DNA from: Halogeometricum borinquense DSM 11551
Lineage (GTDB): Archaea > Halobacteriota > Halobacteria > Halobacteriales > Haloferacaceae
Direction of reading: 5' to 3'
Assembly: GCF_000172995.2 (NCBI RefSeq)
Contig: NC_014729.1
Span: 2,370,001 to 2,402,000, forward strand
DNA: 32,000 nucleotides
The notes under the pieces are model-generated. The model made no database searches. It had not been told where the DNA came from and saw only the letters and a list, made by a program, of their open reading frames with translations. How positions within the stretch are numbered: position 1 is the stretch's first letter; each line of letters begins with the position of its first letter. Positions 8,157-15,504 of this stretch are shown here, one piece after another. The translations under genes and the position numbers were made by a program.

Positions 8157-9422
8157 TTACGAGAAGTCGCGGAGGTTCATCTGGAGTCCGGATGCCATCG
8201 TCGATTTCCGGCGGAGGTCACCGAGCGAGACGGGGAGATACTCCGTCACCTGTCGGACCGCGGCGGCAAACGTCTCCGCCTCGGCGCGCTCCCCGTCGAA
8301 AGCGTTTCTGACCGACTCGCGGACTTGCCAGACGCCCGCCGGACCCCAGTAGTCGTCGGAGACGTGGCGAAGGATGAGTGCCTTCGCTTGTCTGCCCTGC
8401 TGGTCGAGATACTCCAACACGCCGAGTCGGGAAGCGTGATACGCCCCTGCGGTCTCCTCGACGTATCCCGTCCGCCCCTCGAATCCTTCGCTGTCGGACG
8501 ACAACCACATCCCCGCTTCGGGGTCGGGGTTCCAGACGCTCCCCGGCGCTTTCATCTCGACTAACTCGAACTCCCAGTTGCCCGGCGCGAGAATCACCCA
8601 GAAGGCGTTACCGAGGAACTCGTTGCGGTGAATCTCGACGGTGTTGATACTCGGATTCGTCTGAATGCGCCCGCGGAGGAACTGGCCAACGGTATCGTCT
8701 ACGGCGGTAATCGACCATCGCGTCGGAACCAGACGGCGGTTGTCGCCCTGCCCGAGTGCGCCCGCCGAGAGGATTGTGTTGATGTCGTACACGTCGAACC
8801 CGCGGCGGTAGAGATAGTTCATTGCGCCCTGTGCGTTCCAGTCGTCGTCTTCCAGCGTCTTCTGGACGGGACGAGGGACGTGCGGATTCTCGGCTAAATC
8901 GGCCGACTGGGCGCGGGCGCGAGGGCCGACCGGCGTTGCAACATCGTCGAGACTCACGTCGAAGTCGATGTCCGGTCGGCTATCGAGACCGATTTCGACG
9001 CTCACCGGCCGGTCCGCGATGGCGACTTCCCGCTGGACGCCGAGGAAGCCGTCCCACGCGTCGTTCACGTTCTGCACCTCTGTTGGACGATTAGAGTTCA
9101 ACAGACTCGTGCGCCGTTGGAACACGTCGTTGATGGAGACGCCTTCGTCGTACCACCCGGCCGATGTCTCGAACTTCGCAGCGTCGTCCTCGTGACCGAC
9201 GGGAGAGAGAATACCGGTCGAGACGTTCGGATAGTTCGACTGACCGACGAAGATAGAGGGGGAGACGCTTCCGAACAGCGAGTCGCCTTGCACCGTCTCC
9301 TCGAACCGGTTCTGGAAGTCCTCTAAGTGTTCGAGGATGTCGTAGGACTTCTCTTGGGCGAGGCGACGGCGTTTTGCGCGTTCGGACTCCGCCGCGATGT
9401 CCATGTACTCGTCGAGGCGCAT
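8157..9422 (-). CDS. nreA: Nre-family DNA repair protein NreA
   Basis: 421 aa. Conserved blocks SPSIFVGQSNYPNV, RLVPTRWSITAVDD and YWGPAGVWQVRE are as I remember for archaeal Nre (COG1602-type) proteins. The C-terminal QMNLRDFS is a PIP-box-like motif. Confidence 0.8.
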   Translation of the reverse strand: MRLDEYMDIAAESERAKRRRLAQEKSYDILEHLEDFQNRFEETVQGDSLFGSVSPSIFVGQSNYPNVSTGILSPVGHEDDAAKFETSAGWYDEGVSINDVFQRRTSLLNSNRPTEVQNVNDAWDGFLGVQREVAIADRPVSVEIGLDSRPDIDFDVSLDDVATPVGPRARAQSADLAENPHVPRPVQKTLEDDDWNAQGAMNYLYRRGFDVYDINTILSAGALGQGDNRRLVPTRWSITAVDDTVGQFLRGRIQTNPSINTVEIHRNEFLGNAFWVILAPGNWEFELVEMKAPGSVWNPDPEAGMWLSSDSEGFEGRTGYVEETAGAYHASRLGVLEYLDQQGRQAKALILRHVSDDYWGPAGVWQVRESVRNAFDGERAEAETFAAAVRQVTEYLPVSLGDLRRKSTMASGLQMNLRDFS

Positions 9423-9510
9423 CTACTCACACGGTGTAGCCGTGCGAGTCGCTTGAACCTGTCGCGGGGGAATCAAACGACGGGGAAGTCACTGTCGGAG
9501 GGACGGCGAA

Positions 9511-9688
9511 ACGGAGGCAAATGAGAGAGCGCGAAGGGACGGAACAAACGCAGAGAGATGGAGCAAACGCAGAGAAACGGTGCAAGCGCGAAGAGACGGA
9601 ACAAACGCAGAGAGATGGAGCAAACGCAGAGAGATGGAGCAAACGCAGAGAAACGGTGCAAGCGCGAAGAGACGGGAAACGAACGAGG
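9511..9688. repeat. Tandem array of a 19-bp unit (A[CT]GGnnCAARCGCRRAGAG), about 9 copies, organised as 57-bp and 76-bp higher-order repeats
   Basis: Units start at 9511, 9539, 9558, 9577, 9596, 9615, 9634 and 9653, with a degenerate unit at 9672. Units 9539-9595 (A-B-D) recur perfectly at 9596-9671 with one extra B unit. The array is intergenic, between the tfb stop (9689) and the nreA start (9422). Confidence 0.9.
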
Positions 9689-10672
9689 TTAGCCGTGGAT
9701 ACCCATCGCTTCGATCTGTTCTTGGTACCGATTTCGGATGGTGACTTCCGTCACCTGTGCTACGTCGGCAACTTCGCGCTGTGTCTTTTTCTCGTTACAG
9801 AGCAGTGAGGCGGCGTAGATGGCGGCGGCGGCGTATCCCGTCGGTGATTTACCCGAGAGAAGGCCTTTTTCGGCCGTCGTCTCGATAATCTCGTTTGCTT
9901 TCGACTGCACCTCTTTCGAGAGGTCGAGTTCCGAGGAGAATCGTGGGACGTACTTTTTCGGGTCAACCGGCTTCATCTCCAAGCCGAGTTCTTGGGAGAT
10001 GTAGCGATACGTCCGACCGATTTCTTTCCGTTCGACGCGCGAAACGTCGGAAATCTCTTCGAGTGAACGGGGGATTCCTTCCTTCCGACAGGCGGCGTAG
10101 AGCGCGGAGGTGGCAACACCTTCGATAGACCGGCCGCGGATGAGGTCTTCGTTCAGTGCGCGACGATAGATGACCGAGGCGACTTCGCGGACGGAGCGCG
10201 GTACGCCGAGCGCGGAGGCCATACGGTCGATTTCGGAAAGTGCAAACTGGAGGTTACGCTCACCGGCGTCCTTCGTCCGGATTCGCTCTTGCCACTTACG
10301 GAGGCGGTGCATCTGCGAGCGCTTCCGCGAGGAGATGGACCGACCGTAGGCGTCTTTGTCCTTCCAGTCGATTGTCGTCGTCAATCCCTTGTCGTGCATC
10401 GTCTGCGTCGTCGGCGCGCCGACGCGGGACTTCGACTGCCGTTCGGAGTGATTGAACGCGCGCCACTCCGGACCGGGGTCGATCTGTTCTTCTTCGACGA
10501 CGATGCCGGTCGGTTCGTGAATTAGCTCACCATCCCCGGTCCGGACGAGATCCTCCTCGTCCATGTCCTCGATGTCAATATCGTCCTCGTCCTCGGCAGC
10601 ATCCTCTTCGCGTTCGCCCTGCCACCGTGTTCTATCACTGTCTCGCTCCCGCTGGCGAGTAGGCCGTGTCAT
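9689..10672 (-). CDS. tfb: Transcription initiation factor IIB (TFB) paralogue lacking zinc-ribbon cysteines
   Basis: B-reader/linker [21 protein letters not shown]...MHDKGL and two cyclin-fold repeats ([20 protein letters not shown]...; [19 protein letters not shown]...[10 protein letters not shown]) are present. The N-terminal 70 aa are acidic and contain no Cys. An alternative start at Met37 (10564) cannot be excluded. Confidence 0.9.
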   Translation of the reverse strand: MTRPTRQRERDSDRTRWQGEREEDAAEDEDDIDIEDMDEEDLVRTGDGELIHEPTGIVVEEEQIDPGPEWRAFNHSERQSKSRVGAPTTQTMHDKGLTTTIDWKDKDAYGRSISSRKRSQMHRLRKWQERIRTKDAGERNLQFALSEIDRMASALGVPRSVREVASVIYRRALNEDLIRGRSIEGVATSALYAACRKEGIPRSLEEISDVSRVERKEIGRTYRYISQELGLEMKPVDPKKYVPRFSSELDLSKEVQSKANEIIETTAEKGLLSGKSPTGYAAAAIYAASLLCNEKKTQREVADVAQVTEVTIRNRYQEQIEAMGIHG

Positions 10673-10787
10673 CGCATTTTTATATTCGCTATCGCGTTGG
10701 ACTTAAACCCTTGGCCGAATTCCCGGACATCGAGAGGAGAAAGCGGAAGAACGAACCGGATTTACGCTCCCCTCCGAATCGAAACGT

Positions 10788-11381
10788 ATGCCGACCGTAG
10801 ACTGCGACCCAGAGGAGGCCCGACAACAGCTATCTGAGGCGGGCGTCTCCGTCGAAGATGGACACACCGAGTACGAACGCTGGCGCGCGTCTCACGGCGA
10901 AGCGAACGCCGTCGCGTACGACGACAAGGTGGTCGTCCAAGGATCACGCCCGACGGACTTACTCGCCCTGCTTAGAGACCACAGCGGCCGAGCGCACGTC
11001 TATTTCGACGGCGCAAGTCGCGGAAACCCCGGTCCTGCGGCCATCGGGTGGGCCATCGTTAACTCCGAGGGAATCGTAGGAGAGGGTTCGGAGACGATCG
11101 GCGAGACGACGAACAACCGCGCGGAGTACGAAGCGCTCATCCGCGCGTTGGAGGCCGCAGACGAGTACGGGTTCGACGAGGTGGACGTGCGCGGCGACTC
11201 CGAACTCATCGTCAAACAGGTCCACGGCGAGTACGACACGAACAATCCGGAACTGCGCGAACGCCGCGTCCGGGTCCGCGAACTGCTGGAGCGATTCGAC
11301 CGGTGGTCGCTCGAACACGTTCCGCGAGAGATAAACGACCGAGCCGACTCTCTAGCGAACGAGGCCCTCGACAATGCCTGA
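10788..11381 (+). CDS. rnhA: Ribonuclease HI (type 1 RNase H) with about 65-aa N-terminal extension
   Basis: The DEDD catalytic blocks are YFDGASRGNPGPAA, NNRAEYEALI, VRGDSELIV and INDRADSLAN. An N-terminal extension is known for haloarchaeal RNase HI. Confidence 0.9.
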   Translation: MPTVDCDPEEARQQLSEAGVSVEDGHTEYERWRASHGEANAVAYDDKVVVQGSRPTDLLALLRDHSGRAHVYFDGASRGNPGPAAIGWAIVNSEGIVGEGSETIGETTNNRAEYEALIRALEAADEYGFDEVDVRGDSELIVKQVHGEYDTNNPELRERRVRVRELLERFDRWSLEHVPREINDRADSLANEALDNA

Positions 11382-12012
11382 CCAGACGACAGGGGACGAG
11401 GAGACAAACGTCGGGAAGACGAACGCTGACGAGAGAGATTGCAGTGAGCCGACTGACGGCGAGGCCGGCGAACTGCCCGAAACAGTCGTAGACGCGGCCG
11501 AACGCCTGACTCGACTCGCCCGCGACGCGGTGGACGAGAACGAGGCGACGGCGTACCGCGACCGCCGCGGAGAGCTACTCGGCGAACACGAGTTTACCTC
11601 GCGCATCCGCGAGGAGGACGAGACGTTGGTGTTACATCCCGACGAGTGGATGGATGACGGCACCGTCCGCGTCGAACGGATCGATGACACCGACAGAGCG
11701 TACGAGATTTCGTTGACTGGGGCCGACGTGGACGGCGACTGGGACGCGGTCGAGAACCACAACAGCGAACTCGTCGCCGCCGTCGAAGCCGAATACGGGA
11801 CCGCGCACGCCGCAAACGCGCGCATTTTTGCGGACTTCATGGGAAACCACTACGTCCGTCGCGCCGATACCGCCTCGCGCGACGAGATACAGGAGTTTCT
11901 CACAGAGTACTATCCACGTAACGCATGGCCGTCAAAAAAACAGGAATCCGTTGTCCGCGAGAGCGTCGAACGCGTGTTCGAGGTTGCCGACGCGGACGTG
12001 CCCGAGTTCTAA
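11374..12012 (+). CDS. Acidic conserved hypothetical protein co-transcribed with rnhA ('rnhA operon protein' of haloarchaeal annotations)
   Basis: ATG 11374 overlaps the rnhA stop by 8 nt (ATGCCTGA). 212 aa, very acidic, with high third-position GC. The name comes from my recollection of haloarchaeal genome annotations. Confidence 0.65.
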   Translation: MPDQTTGDEETNVGKTNADERDCSEPTDGEAGELPETVVDAAERLTRLARDAVDENEATAYRDRRGELLGEHEFTSRIREEDETLVLHPDEWMDDGTVRVERIDDTDRAYEISLTGADVDGDWDAVENHNSELVAAVEAEYGTAHAANARIFADFMGNHYVRRADTASRDEIQEFLTEYYPRNAWPSKKQESVVRESVERVFEVADADVPEF

Positions 12013-12031
12013 CGAACTCTCCCTTTGTCGT

Positions 12032-12388
12032 TTACAGGTTGCCGTCGATGAGTTCGCGCACTTCGTCCGCGCGCGTCTCGTCGGTGACGAACTTGCTGAG
12101 CATCCACGCGAAGCGGTTGAGAACGGCATCGTGGCCCTTCTCGGTCAGCTCGTACTGATTCGTCCGCTTGTCGAGTTCGCTCTTTTCGACGAGGTCCATC
12201 TCGACGAGGTCGTCGAGGTTGGGGTACAGACGGCCGTGGTTGACCTCCGTCTGGTAGTAGTCCTCAAGGTTGCGCTTGATTGCGAGTCCGTACATTGGTT
12301 CCTCGGCCAGGATGACGAGGATATTCTGCTGGAACGCGGTCAGATCACGTGCCAGGCCCGAATCGTTGACTGTTTGTGCCTCTGACAT
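12032..12388 (-). CDS. PadR family transcriptional regulator
   Basis: 118 aa. Winged-helix pattern ...PMYGLAIKRNLEDYY...VNHGRLYPNLDDLVEMDLVEK...YELTEKG is typical of PadR. Confidence 0.85.
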   Translation of the reverse strand: MSEAQTVNDSGLARDLTAFQQNILVILAEEPMYGLAIKRNLEDYYQTEVNHGRLYPNLDDLVEMDLVEKSELDKRTNQYELTEKGHDAVLNRFAWMLSKFVTDETRADEVRELIDGNL

Positions 12389-12408
12389 AGTCGTAGAAAT
12401 GTCACCTA

Positions 12409-12418
12409 GCTATTTAAC
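12409..12418 (-). promoter_or_regulatory. TATA-box candidate (minus strand GTTAAATAGC) for padR; implies a leaderless mRNA
   Basis: It is centred about 26 nt upstream of ATG 12388. This is the usual spacing for haloarchaeal leaderless transcripts. Confidence 0.4.
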
Positions 12419-12699
12419 CCTTCTCAACTGACGCTTTGTTTCTGTGATTACAGTGAGATTATGGGGAGATGATTTTAGTGACATGATCAGCTGGATCGGC
12501 CTCTACTGGCTATTAGCAACCGTATGTGAGATCAACTACACGCCGCAGCGATAAGCCTACAAGGCTCCCTAGATAATATTCCCGGGGTTTCAAGTGAATT
12601 TTCAATGAATGCTGAGAGGTTTCGACCCGAATTATCCGTGTCAGACAACTACTCGGGATGCGAAAGGACTTTTTCTGCGTTGTACGAGGGGCAAGACGT

Positions 12700-13233
12700 A
12701 TGACGAATCTCTGGGAAGACATGGAGACCGGTCCCGACGCACCTGACGTCGTCTACGCTGTCGTCGAGTGCCTGAAGGGCGAGCGGAACAAGTACGAGTA
12801 CGACAAGGACATCCCCGGCGTCGTCCTCGACCGCGTCCTTCACTCCAATGTTCACTACCCCTCCGACTACGGATTCATGCCGCAGACGTACTACGACGAC
12901 GAAGACCCCTTCGACATCCTCGTCCTCGTCGAAGACCAGACGTTCCCCGGATGCGTCATCGAGGCCCGCCCGGTTGCCCTGATGGGCATGGACGACGACG
13001 GCGAGAAGGACGACAAGGTCATCGCTGTCCCCACTGAGGACCCACGCTACGACCACGTACAGGACGTAGACGACCTCACGGACCAGCAGAAAGACGAAAT
13101 TGCGGAGTTCTTCGAGACCTACAAGAACCTCGAAGCGGGCAAAGAAGTCGAAACCCTCGGTTGGGAAGGCGCGGACGCCGCCAAGGACGCCATCGAACAC
13201 GCGATGGACCTCTACGACGAAAACTTCGCGTAA
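12700..13233 (+). CDS. ppa: Inorganic pyrophosphatase (family I)
   Basis: Internal ATG 12700 of track ORF 12658..13233. VVECLKGERNKYEYD, HYPSDYGFMPQT.....DP.DILVL and DDGEKDDKVIAV are the classic PPase active-site blocks. Confidence 0.95.
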   Translation: MTNLWEDMETGPDAPDVVYAVVECLKGERNKYEYDKDIPGVVLDRVLHSNVHYPSDYGFMPQTYYDDEDPFDILVLVEDQTFPGCVIEARPVALMGMDDDGEKDDKVIAVPTEDPRYDHVQDVDDLTDQQKDEIAEFFETYKNLEAGKEVETLGWEGADAAKDAIEHAMDLYDENFA

Positions 13234-13251
13234 TCCACCCGGTTCATCTCG

Positions 13252-13257
13252 TTTTTT
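13252..13257 (+). terminator. Oligo-T (T6) archaeal terminator candidate after ppa
   Basis: A tttttt run begins 19 nt after the TAA stop (13231-13233). Confidence 0.4.
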
Positions 13258-13493
13258 CATAGCATCCGCACTATCGTAGCGTCTGCAACTGATTATTCGT
13301 CCGACCGCACGACCTCGCGCGGTCAAGCGGTGAAGACTTGCAGACGAGACGATAACAGCGGGCGACGCGGCCGAGCGAGGATCGAACCCGTTGGCTCGAC
13401 AGAACAATACGCCGGAGTTATCCGAGCGGTTAGCCAGATACATTATGCGCATGGGTAATTATTAGTCGATCAAGCGGCAAGCAATGAGTACGC

Positions 13494-13616
13494 ATGGCAG
13501 CAAAGCAATCGACGTTCGGTATGGCTCACGCGACGGTCGTTCCGCGCAACTATCGTCCGGACGACGCCGACGACGGGGCGGACATGGACGAAGCGGACGA
13601 TTCGGACAGCGTCTAA
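13494..13616 (+). CDS. Candidate small acidic protein (40 aa), not in the ORF track
   Basis: Encodes MAAKQSTFGMAHATVVPRNYRPDDADDGADMDEADDSDSV. Third-position GC is about 75% by my count. TAATTATTA (13456-13464) lies about 34 nt upstream. No homology evidence. Confidence 0.35.
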   Translation: MAAKQSTFGMAHATVVPRNYRPDDADDGADMDEADDSDSV

Positions 13617-13701
13617 CCCGCCGAACAAGGCAAAACCGTCGCACGGGACGACGGTAAGCCGTTCTCCACGCGTGCAAATAACGTGCGCAAGAGGGGAACC
13701 C

Positions 13702-13708
13702 CTTTTAG
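13702..13708 (+). promoter_or_regulatory. TATA-like element (CTTTTAG) about 27 nt upstream of the rhomboid ATG
   Basis: Its position relative to ATG 13732 is consistent with a leaderless transcript. It is preceded by the GGGGAACCCC palindrome. Confidence 0.3.
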
Positions 13709-13731
13709 TCCGCCGCGACTAGCCCTGCACA

Positions 13732-14637
13732 ATGGCTACGTGCGACGAGTGCGGGAAGCACGAGAACATGCCCTACCAGTGCCGACGGTGCGGGCAGACG
13801 TTCTGCGCGGAGCACCGACTGCCGGAGAACCACAACTGTCCCGGCCTCTCCGAGTGGAACGATCCCTCCGGCGTGTTCGACAGCGGGTTCGACGACTCGG
13901 TGAACAACACCGCCAGTTCCGAGGGAATCATGGATCGACTCACCGGAACCGGTGGCGTGTTGGGCTACTTCCGCGGCAACATGGCGTTCACCTTCCTCGG
14001 CCTGATGTGGGTGACGTTCGCGTTGGAGTGGATTGTGACGCTCACGCTGGGTAATCAGGCGTTCTACTCGATCTTCGCGCTTACCTCCGATGATCCGTTC
14101 TACGTCTGGACGTGGGTCACGTCTATCTTCGCACACAGTCGCTTCAGTTTCTTCCACATCGTTGGCAACAGCATCGTGCTGTACTTCTTCGGGCCACTCG
14201 TGGAACGCTATATCGGCTCTCGAAAGTTCACCCTCCTGTTCCTCGGGAGCGGGATGCTCGCCGGACTGTCCCATGTCGGCGTCGGGATGCTTCTCGAACC
14301 GGGTGTCCGTACTGGCGTCCTCGGCGCATCCGGCGCGATATTCGCTATCCTCGGCGTTCTCACGGTCCTCAACCCCAACCTGAAGATATACCTGTACTTC
14401 CTCATCCCGATCCCGCTGTGGCTGTTTACGCTTGGGTTCGCCGGGCTATCGATTGTGTTCTTCCTGCAACCCGGCGCGGCAGCGAGTGTCGGGCAGGGTG
14501 AAGTCGCTCACTTCGCTCACCTCATCGGTCTCATCATCGGTCTCGCGTACGGTCAACGAGTGAAAGGCCGTCAGCGCGTGCCGAGCAAACTGTCTTTCGG
14601 CGGCCGCGGTGGCGGCGGCCCGGGCCGTCGTTTCTAA
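13732..14637 (+). CDS. Rhomboid family intramembrane serine protease with N-terminal AN1-type zinc finger
   Basis: The AN1 finger is CDECGKHENMPYQCRRCGQTFCAEHRLPENHNC. Rhomboid motifs are HSRFSFFHIVGNSIVLYFFG, GASGAIFAILG (GxSG) and AHFAHLIGLIIG (catalytic His). Haloferax volcanii RhoII has the same architecture, from memory. Confidence 0.9.
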   Translation: MATCDECGKHENMPYQCRRCGQTFCAEHRLPENHNCPGLSEWNDPSGVFDSGFDDSVNNTASSEGIMDRLTGTGGVLGYFRGNMAFTFLGLMWVTFALEWIVTLTLGNQAFYSIFALTSDDPFYVWTWVTSIFAHSRFSFFHIVGNSIVLYFFGPLVERYIGSRKFTLLFLGSGMLAGLSHVGVGMLLEPGVRTGVLGASGAIFAILGVLTVLNPNLKIYLYFLIPIPLWLFTLGFAGLSIVFFLQPGAAASVGQGEVAHFAHLIGLIIGLAYGQRVKGRQRVPSKLSFGGRGGGGPGRRF

Positions 14638-14640
14638 CCG

Positions 14641-15408
14641 ATGGACCCAGTTCGCCCCGAGTTCCTCCCTGATCCCGCGCTCTCGCGCGACGAGATGGAG
14701 GCTCTCCAATACGACGTTGCCGACGCGGCCGACTGGAGCGACGCGTTCGACTTCGACGCACAGGAGGTCTCACTCGACGGCGAGGCGTCGCTTTCGGGTG
14801 ACCGGCCACTCGTCGCTGGCGTGGATCAAGCGTTTCTCGACGACCGAGGCGTGAGCGCTATCGTCGTCGCGCGCGGTGACACCGTTGTCGAACGCGTCCA
14901 CGCCGTCACCGACCTGGAAATCCCGTACATCCCGGGTCTGCTGTCGTTCCGCGAGGGTGGTCCCATCGTTGCCGCGTTCGAGAAACTCTCCTGTGACCCG
15001 GACCTCCTCGTCTTCGACGGAAGCGGGCGCATCCACTTCCGACAGGCGGGGCTTGCCACCCACCTCGGCGTCGTCTTCGACAAACCGAGCGTCGGCGTCG
15101 CAAAGAGCCTTCTCTGCGGACATCCGACCGAAGATGTGGACGGACGACCCGAGGGCTGGCGAGCCGAGATTTTGGCTGACGACTCCGTAGAGAACGCGGA
15201 TTCTGGAGACCCCATCGGCCACGCCTTCCAATCACGGCAGTACGACACAGAGCCGATCATCAATCCGCTGTACGTCAGTCCCGGCCATCGCGTCTCCGTG
15301 CCGACGGCGACGACGCTCGTCTCGCAACTCTGCGGCGGGTACAAACTCCCCGAACCGACCAGACAGGCCGACGCGTACGCCGACGACGTGAAAGCCGAGT
15401 ACCGGTAG
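14641..15408 (+). CDS. nfi: Endonuclease V (deoxyinosine 3' endonuclease)
   Basis: VAGVDQAF, IPYIPGLLSFREG, LVFDGSGRIHFRQAGLATHLG and VGVAKS are endonuclease V signature blocks. The ATG lies 3 nt after the rhomboid stop. Confidence 0.9.
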   Translation: MDPVRPEFLPDPALSRDEMEALQYDVADAADWSDAFDFDAQEVSLDGEASLSGDRPLVAGVDQAFLDDRGVSAIVVARGDTVVERVHAVTDLEIPYIPGLLSFREGGPIVAAFEKLSCDPDLLVFDGSGRIHFRQAGLATHLGVVFDKPSVGVAKSLLCGHPTEDVDGRPEGWRAEILADDSVENADSGDPIGHAFQSRQYDTEPIINPLYVSPGHRVSVPTATTLVSQLCGGYKLPEPTRQADAYADDVKAEYR

Positions 15409-15438
15409 TCGCTCTCTGAGTGCCACTCGTCGGGCTCT

Positions 15439-15468
15439 GAATCGACGATTCGTGCTATCGACGAATCG
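15439..15468 (+). promoter_or_regulatory. Direct repeat ATCGACGAWTCG x2 (the first is embedded in palindrome GAATCG-A-CGATTC), abutting a TATA-like TACAATTAAC (15471-15480)
   Basis: Read directly from the sequence. It lies 25-65 nt upstream of the GTG start (15505) of the SDR gene. Confidence 0.3.
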
Positions 15469-15504
15469 CCTACAATTAACTCGCCGCGGAGAGACAGCGA
15501 GAGC

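Noticed and set aside
9427-9661. Short ORFs with repeated peptides (FAPSLCVCS...) running through the 19-bp array
   Set aside because: The periodic peptide is a by-product of 3 x 19 = 57-nt periodicity. There is no start context, and the composition is Cys/Ser/Phe-rich and non-haloarchaeal.
9511-9688. Possible CRISPR array
   Set aside because: The repeats are directly abutting with no unique spacers. The unit is only 19 bp, and there are no cas genes in the window.
12513-12722. 69-aa basic ORF on the minus strand in the padR-ppa spacer
   Set aside because: It has basic, low-GC3 composition and overlaps the ppa start. No supporting motif.
13372-13398. tRNA-like T-arm (minus strand GGGTTCGATCC) that might mark a tRNA gene or an att-site remnant
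   Set aside because: I could not fold a cloverleaf. No complementary acceptor stem, D-arm or anticodon arm is present, and the T-stem pairs poorly. There is no integrase nearby. It is kept only as part of the hairpin observation.
12649-13452. 267-aa ORF on the minus strand over ppa
   Set aside because: It is antisense to an unambiguous inorganic pyrophosphatase. It is V/D-rich with low complexity and has no motifs.
13462-13677. 71-aa ORF on the minus strand in the ppa-rhomboid spacer
   Set aside because: It is extremely Arg/Pro/Cys-rich, unlike the acidic proteome. The + strand 40-codon ORF in the same place is a better candidate.
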